A DNA stretch of 59,173 nucleotides, counting the filler, from Circinaria calcarea (lineage: Eukaryota): NCBI GenBank assembly GCA_051942165.1. It is 11 parts of 11 records of this genome, joined end to end, with 100 filler letters (N's around TTAATTAATTAA, not from the genome) between each part and the next. Parts side by side here need not be neighbours in the genome. Positions count along the whole stretch, not along the records: positions 37,752 to 43,034 come from JAVECS010001963.1; positions 43,135 to 48,415 come from JAVECS010001964.1; positions 48,516 to 53,796 come from JAVECS010001965.1; 8 more parts are not named here. The stretch is one strand, 5' to 3'. The notes beneath the pieces were generated by a model that saw nothing but the letters and a program-made list of their open reading frames with translations, did not search any database and had not been told where the DNA came from. The translations under genes were made by a program, and so were the position numbers. This document shows positions 37,652 to 48,980 of the stretch, piece by piece; position 1 is the stretch's first letter, and each line of letters begins with the position of its first letter.

Positions 37652-37751
37652 NNNNNNNNNNNNNNNNNNNNNNNNNNNNNNNNNNNNNNNNNNNNTTAAT
37701 TAATTAANNNNNNNNNNNNNNNNNNNNNNNNNNNNNNNNNNNNNNNNNNNN
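37652..37751. other. Artificial contig spacer 7
   Basis: N44-TTAATTAATTAA-N44. Confidence 0.99.
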
Positions 37752-38420
37752 GAAGGGAAGGGTATGCACGGAGGAGGAGGAGGAGGAAGGACTAAAGGAG
37801 TAAGGACTAAGTAAGTTGTGAAATATCTGTCTTTTTGATGTCCGGGGTTAGGTTTTTGTGGTTTTGCTTGGATGGATGGATGGATGGGGCCCGATAGTCC
37901 CCGGGGGGTTATATATCACATTTTTGCTTTTTGCTTTTGCTTTTGCTTTCGCTTTTTCTATATTGGGTATGGCTAAAAAATAAAAATAAAAAAACCAATT
38001 GGCTTTTTTGGGCATAGGATAGGATAGGATAGGATAGGATAGGAGGAAGGAGTGGGGTGGTAAGGTAGCGTATAGATACCCTCTCTCTCTCTTTTTTCCG
38101 GGAGGCCAGCTTTTTGATCGTGAGATCGTGAGATCGTGAGTTTTTTTTCTCTTTTCCTTACATAAATAACACAATGAGGGGCTTCGTTGAGGCTTGAGGT
38201 GGGGGGTGGTCAAATATCAAATAGAAAGAAATGCGGACAATGGCAGAGAGAGAGGGGGGTATAGTATAAATCACGGTTTTGGAAAAAGAAAGAGGAAGAA
38301 GGAGGATTTGATTATTATTATTTTTTTTAAAAAAGAAAGAGAACAATGACATTTCGGGGAAAAATGGAAAAATACCAAATCTAGTACCCCAACCCCCTCC
38401 CCCCCCCCGCGGGGGGCTTG
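37752..38420. repeat. Low-complexity region with (GGAT)n, (TTTTGC)n, (GGATA)n and (GATCGTGA)x3
   Basis: Read directly from the sequence. Confidence 0.8.
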
Positions 38421-38758
38421 TTCGGTGTTTAGGGCGATAAATCTACGACTATGGAACGTCCCGGAAGTTTATGCAAAGGAAGGGAAAGGAGCTGATTATG
38501 ATTAGTTAGCTCACCAAAAGGCTTCTCTGGGCCTTATACAGCCTTCCTTGCCTTTCGGGCAATAAAGTAAGAAGTAAATCAAATTCTATTTACAAATGAT
38601 CAAGATGCGTGCAACCTCCCCCGTGACACCCCGGAAATCAATCCCTCTTGCCTGTATTACACGGGCATGGAGCCGATCTGTGACCCGTAATATCTGAAAT
38701 GCCATTCACCTCCCATCATCAAAAACAGACACCTGGACTTTTTATCTCCTCCCAGAAT

Positions 38759-39750
38759 TTACTTGCCTATAAACTGACTCGGTTCCACCGTACAGACAAC
38801 GACCAAGCTAACCACTATCAAGGCAAGGGCGACCAGGGTGATGAGGATTACACTGCCTCTGCTGGCGGGGAATTTGCCACGGATGATCCAGTACTAAGCG
38901 ACGACAGCCATGTCAGCATCTTTCCTGTCAAAAGAACATGACCTTGATTCCCTTTACCCAAACCAGGGTGGTTCATCTTGAGAATAAATTTCCCCCCCAC
39001 CCCGTTTCATCCGTAGAACACCACAATGGAATCCACTACTAGCCTACCTGACTTTCGAAATACCGTCTTCCCCCAACACCTAGCACCAAGATAGCGATGC
39101 CTAAAAATGTAGCACCCAACGGCTTGCCGATCTGTCTGAGCCTGATAGTTCCCGGTAATTCGGGAGCAGGCGTCAGCCCATCGCGCTCAGAGATGGTGGT
39201 ATTGAGCCGGAACAGCTGCGTCACAGCGATTCCAATCGAGGCAAAGGCAAGGGAGGTACGAAGCCAGGCCAGAAACGTCCGTTCTACCAACCCGGTCAGC
39301 TGGATCCAAACAAAGGAGAGACGCGATCAAGTGGCCAACGGAGGAGGGTGCGTGCTGGACGGAAGAAGTACCCAGAGCGAGATGGTCCCTCGCCACACTG
39401 CCTTTGTTCTCGAGTTCCACACTGCCATATTTGTCTACCAACTTGCTCCACCGGCTCGATTGAGCTTTTCCCTCCCCTTCTACCTCACTAGTCCGCCTCC
39501 TCTTTCCCTTGCTCTCTGATTGCTGCCGCTCTCTTAACCCGGACGGGCTGCGTCTCTGGCTGTCGGTTTCGTCTGCCTCGTCGTCGACCCGATAGCTGAG
39601 CCGGGGACTTTGAGCATGGGGTTCGGTGGTGTGGTAGCTGCGGCCGGTGCCCTGTTCGGCATCGACGATTGGCGTGATCTCGTCTGCCGAGTTGTGCGCT
39701 TCGGGTGGATGGTCTTGGAACGGAGAGGCGGCAAAATGCGAGCTTGACAT
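38759..39750 (-). CDS. DUF202 / YidH-like membrane protein (3 exons)
   Basis: ELENKGSVARDHLAL/ERTFLAWLRTSLAFASIGIAVTQLFRL...RRYFESQ/YWIIRGKFPASRGS. Confidence 0.88.
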
Positions 39751-40965
39751 GGTAGACTCCAGAGACCAGTCGCCAGCAAGATACTCTTAAGTAATCAACA
39801 TGGCCTTTGTCTTGCTCACCCTGGTTGGTGGTATGTTAAAAGGGGAGTACACCTGATCCGTAGATAAGCATAGGCGCATGCGCGATGTTTTAACGCTTGT
39901 GAGGGCAGCTCCGAGCGGAATACCTCGGACGACATTATGACCTGCAGCATCTCTGGGGGGAAATGACCATTATGGTCGGATGTATTCAACCCTTATGTGC
40001 ATGAATGCTGACGTCCCCCAAGCCAAAGCACAAAGGGTGATATCGTTTTCATATGCGGGGTGAGGGCGTGATCACAGGCAGAGATGGTGTGATCTGAACA
40101 TGAAGCCACTTCAAGGGTGCATGGGAGGGACATGATCGGCGTTTCCACGCCATACGCAGACCTTGTCTACATCAAAGGCCTTGGTGAATCTAATATAAGT
40201 CCGAGGTCAAGTCCCCATCATGTCGCACGCCTACGGGAAATCATAGAGTAGATGAAAGAGATTCCACTGTACTCAAGTTATGTACATGAAACATCGGTAC
40301 AGCGTGCCTCTCCAGCCTTCTCGACTAATCTTGGTCAATCCAGCCATACAAGTGTGAGGTGGCCGTTGGAGTCGAAACGAAGATAGAGTATGGGGAATAC
40401 TGGTAGCCAAGCTAAGCCAGGACGTCAAAAGCCACTGACCCTGCCGCACAAGTAGATCCAGAAACCGCGGAGGGCCAGCAGCGCAAGGATATATAGAAGA
40501 TACCATCCAGGGTCACAGACGCTCTCGGAACATACATCCCCCCCCAAAACCCCACGGCTGCCCGACTACCCTTTGACACCCACATTGCAAAGTGCCCTCA
40601 TCAGATGAATCTGGTGCCTGTGTGCCACCGATGGAGCCCAATGTAAGAAATCAACAGTTGCTGACATGGCCGTAAAAAAAGAAAATGGGTGAGGTTAAAT
40701 CACCAACAGGTACACAGAAGGACCAGCTATGCCCGGCGGTAGGCGAGAATGAAAGCCAACGTCACGTCCTACCGCCCGTAGGTCTTGGCAAAGATTGTAC
40801 ATAAAGGGAGCTCGCATTCCTCAATCCGTCCAGTGCTATGTAATCTAGTACCTCTTAGCCGTATAGCTGGTCAACAGGAACCATTGAATCGAATTGAAGC
40901 CGGCCAAACGCAATGCAGGAATCGAAAACCACAGGTCCCAAGCCTCACACGAGAGACCCAGGGCC

Positions 40966-42565
40966 TTATCCTAGTACATAGGTAGCTTGCCCGGACTTTA
41001 ATTGGATCTAAGATTTTATATTAGCACCGACAGAGGTTTTCATCTAGCGCAACCTAGACTTACCGTGCATCCAGGGACGTCCACAACCTTTGCGCCGGGA
41101 ACAGTTGCCGCATGCCCTGATTGACAATTCTTCAAGTCATAGTTATCAGGAGTCCCAGCTCCACAATATGTGCCATTCCCATTGACAGTAGTATAGAAAC
41201 ATGCGACACCAGGGTCGAAATCACCCTGGAGTTCTACAGTGTAGTCCAAGGACTTGTAGGAGCTGGGGAAATTCTGCTCCGTTGACTGTATGGAAAGCCA
41301 GGTGAGACCTGAGGCATCAGTACCAACACCAAAGACAACCGGGGCCCAATTGCCTGCGTAGGAACCATCAGTGCTCCAGGTACAGGCGTCATTTACCGCG
41401 GTGCCTTGCATATTGGCATAGTACTCTGCACTAGTAGCTAAGTTCTCATGCTTGTAGTACGTGGATCCGTCGGGGCAAGTAAGCGGACTTGTTTTGCCAG
41501 GTTGGGTGTTAAGTGGCACTGTCTCGCCTTCGACACCTGTGACGATTTAGAAGCCTATCACATCCAAGATGACACTTAGGATCACTTACCAGGATAATCA
41601 GTACGGCAGATTGCAGCGTTCTTTGAGAGATTGTTTTGTACTTTGACTTTTCCTGTACCCTTGATGCAAAGCGTGTCGGACAGTCCAGGGTTTGTGAGGT
41701 GAAGTTTACCGTCTGAACCGCACATAAGACCACCGATAGATTCTCCTTTTGCTCCTTGCGTTGATGGCCATTGAGACTTTTGATAACCTGGTGGGCATGC
41801 GTATGAGCACATGGCAGTCTTTCCATCTTTTTCCGCGCAAAATGGGTGACTTTGGTCCTTGACCGCAGTGTCAATGTTGATCGCACCATTATCGCCAATG
41901 TTCATGTACTGAATACCGGACCAGCCACCAACACCTTCCCAGTTAATAGGAATTGCACCATACTCAGAAGGGAAGACTGAACAGTCAATTTCCCCGTCGG
42001 GAAACTTTCTATCCACACCCGAATTGCTGGCTATTTGAACATCGTATGATTTTGAGTCCACGGAAGAAGATGAAGAACCTGCCAGAGGATCGAAATTCCC
42101 CACTGCTGGTGTAGACGTTGCTGCAGCTGTAGAGGCCATACTAAACGATGATGGAGTCGATTGCTGCGCGAGCTGTTTCCCAGGAGTACCCGCGACTGAG
42201 GGAGACGAGGGAGTAGGTGCGGGTGTACCGGTGGACGTAGACGCAGAGGCCGACGATGAAGCAGGTCCTGCAGCAGCCTGAGGAACTGGAGCTGCAGCAG
42301 GCGCATCTTTTGCAGTGCATGGGTCCGGGTTGTTAGAATCCTCCACCCAGTGCAGCCTGCCAGCACGAATGCCATTGCACACCTCAGACTGCGAAATGGG
42401 CTGACCATTCAACTCGTACATCACCACGGTGGAAGCGACTACGTTAGTGACCTCGGTAACGACGGGGACTCGCTTGACCACGTGGCGATGGTGATGCTTA
42501 TGGGGATGCGCTGCAACGAGAGAGCCAGCTGTCGCAAGCGTCACGGCCACGTTGGAGAATTTCAT
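40966..42565 (-). CDS. SUN-family secreted beta-1,3-glucanase (GH132, Sun1/Sim1-like), 3 exons
   Basis: Signal peptide, His-rich/KR leader and Ser/Thr linker, followed by FPDGEIDCSVFPSEYGA, CSYACPPGYQKSQWP..QG..GESIGGL, AICRTDYPG and GNWAP. Confidence 0.93.
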
Positions 42566-43034
42566 CGTGTGAAAAGGATACAACGTTTGAGGTTGCGGAT
42601 ATCTGTAAGGATAGGCGCTTGAGTCTATCGAAGACTCGGGTAGTGACTACGTGGATCCTTCGAGGACTTGAGGGTGGTTGAATGAGTGTTGCGTGCTGTG
42701 ATAGCTTGTCTGTTGCTGCGGACAACAAAGTTAGCGTCTTGCGTAGAGGTATATCTTGTAGGGAGATTGCATCTGGGATAGCCAGTATCCTCAAATCAAT
42801 CTTAGACCATGAGGGAGAGGGCTTCATACTTTGCGCGCCGAGCGTGGATGGTAGGAGTGGTAGGATTGGGTGAACGGGCTTTGAACGAAGCACGATCGGA
42901 ACCGACTTGCTGAAGGTTGAGTAAGTTGTTGTTTGAGATAGTCTCCAAAAGAATGTGGTAGGGAGTGCAAGACTTCCAGGTCGTAAGGAGTGCTGCTGAA
43001 GCAGAGGAATGTCTGTGTTACAATGAATGTGGTG

Positions 43035-43134
43035 NNNNNNNNNNNNNNNNNNNNNNNNNNNNNNNNNNNNNNNNNNNNTTAATTAATTAANNNNNNNNNN
43101 NNNNNNNNNNNNNNNNNNNNNNNNNNNNNNNNNN
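43035..43134. other. Artificial contig spacer 8
   Basis: N44-TTAATTAATTAA-N44. Confidence 0.99.
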
Positions 43135-43849
43135 TGGCGGTGCCGAAAAGCTCGGTGGCTTTGTGGCGCTCGACGTCTTTGACTTTTTGATAGTCGAGGA
43201 AGCGGATACTGGGGCAGCGCCAGATGAGCCAGTACCTGTAGTTCTGTATTCCACTTAGGTTATCTCGGAGGTCTAGTTTAAAAGAAGACTGCTTTTGAGA
43301 ATTAGAAAACATATCCTACCTCTCGCCGCGTAACCGGGTTCTCGAGTAGTGACAAGTGCGTGAGCTTGGAAAAGTTACGCAGAGCGTCCAGGTCCGCTAG
43401 CTCGGCGAAGTTGTTGGAAGTAAGAATAAGAGTGGTGAGGTTGGGTATCGAAGTTGCGAGGTTAGGTTGTATGCTATTGACTCGATTGCGCGCGAGTAAG
43501 AGCGTGCGGAGGCGTGGAGAGAGGGGGAAATTCGAGAGGACGGTGATATCGTTGTCAGTGAAGTCGATTGCATCTTGATCCTGTTTCCAAAATCAGTAAG
43601 TTCAGTTGATAGGTCAAATCTTCTTTCTAAATCACAGGGGCAGAAGGACTGACTTTTGCAACGCCCAGGTTTTCAATGGAGGGGATTTTGTGTCCTGCAT
43701 GCCTCGAATTTGATATCAATGGAGCCCATTATCAAAAGTGTAGTATCTGCTCTTTTCAGCTTGTACGCACCTCTGAGATCCAGTTCGCGCTCTTTGAGAG
43801 GATTAAGGTAGGAAAGGGAGTTTTGGATAAGTTCGGCTGTTAATCTCAT
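43135..43849 (-). CDS. LEA1: U2 snRNP A' leucine-rich-repeat protein, 3'-truncated (3 introns)
   Basis: Manual splicing gives MRLTAELIQNSLSYLNPLKERELDLR/GHKIPSIENLGVA/DQDAIDFTDNDI..NFPLSPRLRTLLLARN../YRYWLIWRCPSIRFLDYQKVKDVER. Confidence 0.93.
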
Positions 43850-44189
43850 GTTGGTTCCCTGGGCGCGATCGTGGACTGTAGAAGCCTGTTAAAGAAAGGA
43901 TAGCTGCTGGAGTTTTGATTATCTCATTCGGCCTAGATTCTAAGCGCAAAATTTTTTGTTGTATGGCTGGAGACATCTTAAATGAGGGCATTGATATCTC
44001 GACTATATGGGTCCAAGCTTACGCGCTAAATATAAACGAGAATCCAAAGCTAAAGCTGGGACGCGATGTCTTAACTACCATAGAGTACTGAGCCCAATTC
44101 TCTTTCAATCACTTGTGGCCCCCTCCAATTAGATCACACTCTTCTCAAACATCCACCTCCCTACCTCTGATCTGCAAAGACGCGTCAAA

Positions 44190-44990
44190 ATGGGTAACAA
44201 GCGCCGAAACCAATGCCCGGAGAGCATCGCCGAACACGCGCGAGAGCTCAGATCTGAAACCAGCAGACTCCTACAATACAAAAGCCACTCGGCTGCCTTC
44301 CATGCCACAACCATAGAATGGTCCCAAATCGAAGGATATCTGAAGAGCGTGGGCGATTTGGTCAACAAGGTCATCGCTCAGCCGTCGTTGGAGGATGTCA
44401 TGGCTAAACTGGATGGCATCGCGCAAACCACGGAGGCTGTGAAACTACATGTCACAGCCGCGAGGAAGCATTCAGTTGAGGCGCCAGGGAATCTCGAGTG
44501 CCAGAGGAGGTTGGGGAGTCGGGATTGGCCCCATGGGAGTATAAAGGTGGAAGGCTCTAATAAGAGGATCAAGCTGGAAAATCCCAATGAGGATATGGAT
44601 CCCGATGGTTGTGTTGACGACTTCATAAAATCTGAGGGCAAGGTGGAGGAAGAGGAAGATTGGAGCGGGAAGGTCGAATACATGAGCCCGGCCCCCTCAG
44701 ACCTCTCATCGGATACCCAGGTTATGAAAGACGAATGCGATTGTTACCGGTGCTACCATACGGGATTTGCTGTTCCGACTTTTCCCCCAACCGAAGCGAC
44801 ATGGTGTGCGAGAGAACAGTATTGGTTCGAGATGGTTGAGGCTGGGACAGTTCACGCGTCGGGATGCCATGAGAGTGAAAACAGTGAAATTGAGAACAAC
44901 GAAAGTGAAAACAACGAAAGTGAGGCCGAACAGAGCGGCGACGAGGACAGTGACTATCAGAGCGAGGGTGAGAGCCAGACCAGCGAATAA
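44190..44990 (+). CDS. Hypothetical 266-aa protein; N-terminus resembles fungal non-LTR retrotransposon ORF1, acidic C-terminus
   Basis: Intact intronless ORF. PESIAEHARELR...WSQIEGYLKSVGDLVNKVIAQPSLEDV is recalled as similar to the start of Tad1-type ORF1 proteins (not verified). Confidence 0.55.
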   Translation: MGNKRRNQCPESIAEHARELRSETSRLLQYKSHSAAFHATTIEWSQIEGYLKSVGDLVNKVIAQPSLEDVMAKLDGIAQTTEAVKLHVTAARKHSVEAPGNLECQRRLGSRDWPHGSIKVEGSNKRIKLENPNEDMDPDGCVDDFIKSEGKVEEEEDWSGKVEYMSPAPSDLSSDTQVMKDECDCYRCYHTGFAVPTFPPTEATWCAREQYWFEMVEAGTVHASGCHESENSEIENNESENNESEAEQSGDEDSDYQSEGESQTSE

Positions 44991-45532
44991 ACTACCAGAC
45001 TCCAACTTCGACTGTGAAAGCCGACCACGTTCTCCATGGCGGTTCCAATTATCCGTCATCACCGCCGGTGGACGGACGCTAGACGGTAATGTGGGATAGC
45101 ATCAGCTGAAGGATATTACTTTCATGCTTCGATCTGGTTACGAAATCACCATCTGCGAAACCTACGGATTAGCACTGAGATATTCTGGGCAAACGGCTTG
45201 GGAACTATTGGAGCAGAAACTCGGCGCCGCTTGCTGAGGAGCAGACGGAGATGGGAAAATGGTACATAGGCTCTTCAAGGATTGAGCGGTCCAATGAATA
45301 AGCTATGATGGCATTGGTGTTCCAAGGATGGCTATGGGGAGATCAACCGTGATTTTGTATTTCTCGGGCAATCGTGCAGCCTTAGCAAAAGTTTACACTG
45401 ATGTCATGGGATTGATACAAGAGTAATAGGCTAGATAGACTCTAGAGTTCAAGCCAGCAATTACGCAAAAGCTCCCCTTGCATCAAACTCACTTTCCCCC
45501 CCCCCTAAATCCCACCTTCTCAAGTAGTGTCT

Positions 45533-48415
45533 TCACTGAAAGACATAAATCACCCCCGCCCGATCCACACTGACCGTCATGCCCACCGGATACTCCACAA
45601 ATGCCACATCGAGGATAACATCTAGATGACTCCGCAACAGTTGTTGCTGTTGCTGCGAGATGACCATCGACCGGGGCGGCCGCACATTCGATCTCTTGGC
45701 CGCAGTGTTCGCTTCCGTTTTGGCGGTCGCTGCTCCTGTCGCGGTCGTCTGGACAACTTGTTCGCTGTATACCGTGAGTGACGTGGTCGGATGCGTGGTG
45801 ATGATCTTTACGCGCGGTTCATCGCTCTGGAGGCCATTGACAACCGTAGACGATTCCACGCGGTTCAGGTCCCAGAAGTGGACCTTACGATCCGGGCCGC
45901 CGGTGAGGAGAAATCCATTCTTCGCATCCTTGCCGTCATCGGTATCCAAGCCGACGGCGAGGGCGCGAACATCGACATCGACACCGTTACCTTTGCCACC
46001 ACTGGGCGTTTCCAAGGCGGTGGCGAACCGATTAAGCATCGCTTCCGGTTTCTCATCGTCTAACCGGGAAAGCTCGTAAGATTTCAGATTCTCCTTATCA
46101 GGAGTTAGTGAACTGCCCGCGCGATATACTTCGCGGCATTGCTCTCTCTCCACGTCCCAGATAATGATTTCACCGCGTCCGCTGCCGCCAGCGATACAGA
46201 TCCAGCGACCATGGCCCTTGAAAGGATGTATGTGAAGGCGGTGGATCGAAGAACCCCCCGCTAGTCTAAAGGCCTTGAGATGAAGGCGGAATCGAAGGTC
46301 CCAGAGATCAAGGATCCCATGAGATGTACCAACTAAGAGCCAGTTGCGCTTACGATCCAGGCAAAAGCAAGTAGGTGTTCCATGGTGGACAGGGTTCTCG
46401 AAATCATACAGGACATTCATGGTACGTAGGTCCAATGCTAGAACTCGGGATGTGTTCGTTGCCAGTAATAGGACTGATTTTGCATCCGCTCGGAAATGTT
46501 CAGACCAGACAGCATACTCACCGACCGGAAGCTGATAATCTCGGACCAACTGCAGCTTTCCATATTTTGACGTATCACTTGTGTGCGTACAATCAACCTT
46601 GACGATATGCACACTTCCATCGGTGGCACAACTCACAAAAGCATGTGTATTCTGAATGAATGTAATACTCTTGACCTTCGAGCCTTCTTGGTGTCTATGG
46701 GTGTTGCGCGATCGATGGACTAGGTTGCGCTCCAACCTTAGTGTATCCCAGATCTTCACGCTACCATCGTCTGAAGCTGTGATGAAAAAAAGGTGGTCCG
46801 GAGACGGTAAGACGCGATTAATTGGCCCAGTATGCTCGCCGAAGGTAGCAACCAGAATGCCTTGGGGCCGCCAGGAGGGATCAGGTTCCTGAGCTTCAGG
46901 CTTATTGAGCATCCTCGTGCTACTAATTGGCGTCACCGAAGGACCATAATCAACACTATCACTTGTGTGGTTTTCCGATGCCAGAGTATCGAGCAGCCTT
47001 TGCACGTTAGGATCGTTTCCGTCATAAGTGTGACCACCATTAATTTGGGCCGAAGGGTTAGGCTTCCTCTTGAGCTTGTCGCTGAACACATCTGATGATC
47101 TAATCTGATCTTCATGAGTTAATGGAGCGTCCAATTGCCCAATCACATTAGTGGTAGTTGTGGCTGTTTCAGCAGATGACTTGGAGGTTTCCCTTCGATT
47201 CAACAGGTTGATAGCACTGGATTTGTGCCCAACACCGGGAGATTTCTCACGCGCAGTACTCGTCTTCAGAGAATCGGTTCGTGGCAGCGTACCGTCGCTA
47301 CGGATATTATTTCTTATGTCCCGGTTTAGCAAGCGAGAGGAGCGTCTTGAATCGGAAGTGGATTGAAAGTTTGTGTGATCATGTGACGGATTGCGAGTAC
47401 CGGGTGATGATGACAGAGGTGATGGCACATTTGATGAGGTGCGACTGGGTGCATCGGAGTTAATTGGTAAGGATAATGAGGGTAAATTTCCATTGAGTCG
47501 CTCCTTTCGACTACTTACGTATGATTGCTTCGAGTACTTATGGGAGTCATCAATAGTCGTTGATGCATCCAGCAGGGCATCCGCAATTGTATGTACCTTG
47601 CGGGCATTGCCGGCCTGATAGGTGTGATAAGAGGAACGACGCTGCGTCTGTTTCTGTTTCTTGTGTTCTTCGAAGAAAACTGTCTGCTTGGTTACCTTCA
47701 GCTCCTCTAAGCTGATGATGCCGTTGAACCGAGACGACGGATCGGTAGGTACATCTTTGGGCCTCTTTGGAGCCATGCGACCGATATATTCTTTCAACGT
47801 CAATAGTTTGAATTCATCATCTTGGGCCATGCCTAGATTTCGTAAGCGTGTTAGCCATTGTTCGTCTTCGTCATTCTTCGGAATCTTCCGTAGCGCATGT
47901 GGTCCAAGGTCTTTGGACGATATGGTTTGGATGGCTTGATCAGTGCCTCCGAACGAGAATGCACGCTGCTGTTGCACAGGTTTCCAGAATAACCCACGCT
48001 CAACCTTCAACGCCCAAGTTACCGCCATCTCGAGAACAGGCCTCGGAAGGGGACGCTTTAGCGAATCGAGGATTGCCGTCTCGGATATATTTTGAATAGG
48101 GGTTTTGAGGTAGGGTTGGAGTAGAGGCATCACTATACAGTACGTATCTGCGGTTGAAAGGAATAGCGCAGCAGCCGTAATATAATGAACCGCTGCTTCC
48201 CTAATCCAGATATTTGGATGTACCATAAATCTTGCAACAAGGTCTACCATTTCCCAGATCTTGGATCGCTGGAACAGTCCGAGCTCCGCCATACTTGCAA
48301 ACGACGAAAGGACCCGTTCCACCACGAACTCTTCAGGGTCTGTAAGGGCTTGCACCATGAGGGGGAGTATAAAATCCTCTAGGCTGGATCCACCAACAAA
48401 TGTGGCAACACCAAC
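45533..48415 (-). CDS. VPS15: Vps15 / PIK3R4 phosphoinositide 3-kinase regulatory subunit, C-terminal HEAT and WD40 part (5'-truncated)
   Basis: QALTDPEEFVVERVL, HPNIWIREAA, WRPQGILVATFGEH, SDDGSVKIWDTLRLERN, ENPVHHGTPTCFC and GMTVSVDRAGVIYVFQ. Confidence 0.95.
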   Translation of the reverse strand, partial: VGVATFVGGSSLEDFILPLMVQALTDPEEFVVERVLSSFASMAELGLFQRSKIWEMVDLVARFMVHPNIWIREAAVHYITAAALFLSTADTYCIVMPLLQPYLKTPIQNISETAILDSLKRPLPRPVLEMAVTWALKVERGLFWKPVQQQRAFSFGGTDQAIQTISSKDLGPHALRKIPKNDEDEQWLTRLRNLGMAQDDEFKLLTLKEYIGRMAPKRPKDVPTDPSSRFNGIISLEELKVTKQTVFFEEHKKQKQTQRRSSYHTYQAGNARKVHTIADALLDASTTIDDSHKYSKQSYVSSRKERLNGNLPSLSLPINSDAPSRTSSNVPSPLSSSPGTRNPSHDHTNFQSTSDSRRSSRLLNRDIRNNIRSDGTLPRTDSLKTSTAREKSPGVGHKSSAINLLNRRETSKSSAETATTTTNVIGQLDAPLTHEDQIRSSDVFSDKLKRKPNPSAQINGGHTYDGNDPNVQRLLDTLASENHTSDSVDYGPSVTPISSTRMLNKPEAQEPDPSWRPQGILVATFGEHTGPINRVLPSPDHLFFITASDDGSVKIWDTLRLERNLVHRSRNTHRHQEGSKVKSITFIQNTHAFVSCATDGSVHIVKVDCTHTSDTSKYGKLQLVRDYQLPVGEYAVWSEHFRADAKSVLLLATNTSRVLALDLRTMNVLYDFENPVHHGTPTCFCLDRKRNWLLVGTSHGILDLWDLRFRLHLKAFRLAGGSSIHRLHIHPFKGHGRWICIAGGSGRGEIIIWDVEREQCREVYRAGSSLTPDKENLKSYELSRLDDEKPEAMLNRFATALETPSGGKGNGVDVDVRALAVGLDTDDGKDAKNGFLLTGGPDRKVHFWDLNRVESSTVVNGLQSDEPRVKIITTHPTTSLTVYSEQVVQTTATGAATAKTEANTAAKRSNVRPPRSMVISQQQQQLLRSHLDVILDVAFVEYPVGMTVSVDRAGVIYVFQ

Positions 48416-48515
48416 NNNNNNNNNNNNNNNNNNNNNNNNNNNNNNNNNNNNNNNNNNNNTTAATTAATTAANNNNNNNNNNNNNNNNNNNNNNNNNNNNN
48501 NNNNNNNNNNNNNNN
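48416..48515. other. Artificial contig spacer 9
   Basis: N44-TTAATTAATTAA-N44. Confidence 0.99.
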
Positions 48516-48640
48516 GTGGAGTGGAGTGGAGTGGAGTGGAGTGGAGTGGAGTGGAGTGGAGTGGAGTGGAGTGGAGTGGAGTGGAGTGGAGTGGAGTGGA
48601 GTGGAGTGGAGTGGAGTGGAGTGGAGTGGAGTGGAGTGGA
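48516..48640. repeat. (GTGGA)25 perfect pentanucleotide microsatellite at the contig start
   Basis: Read directly from the sequence. Confidence 0.97.
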
Positions 48641-48980
48641 TTTGGGGCACGGAGCCAAGCGAAGGAAGAAACAATAGGAGAGACGGTTGTCCATTCTTCT
48701 TCGTAGCGAACATGCGATTGTAATCCGGGAGATAAAAGGAAAGAGAAGAGAGGGAAAATTGGGAGGGGTGTTTAAAAATGGCTATGATGCGGGTTTATTT
48801 TATCGAGTACATGGAGAATTGATTTAGGGAAAGGGGAAAAGGGGGATCTCGTTTCGTTATCAAATCTAAATACATGGATTTTCCTCCTTGTATAAACTAT
48901 AAACGCGCTCACCAGCCTTTCACACTTACCCATAAAAACCCCCCTCCCACTCCCATTCCTTTCCCATCCCTATCCATCCA

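Noticed and set aside
48516..48640. (GTGGA)n as a telomere, CRISPR array or HSTPL/VEWSG repeat protein
   Set aside because: Simple microsatellite with no spacers; not the TTAGGG-type repeat.
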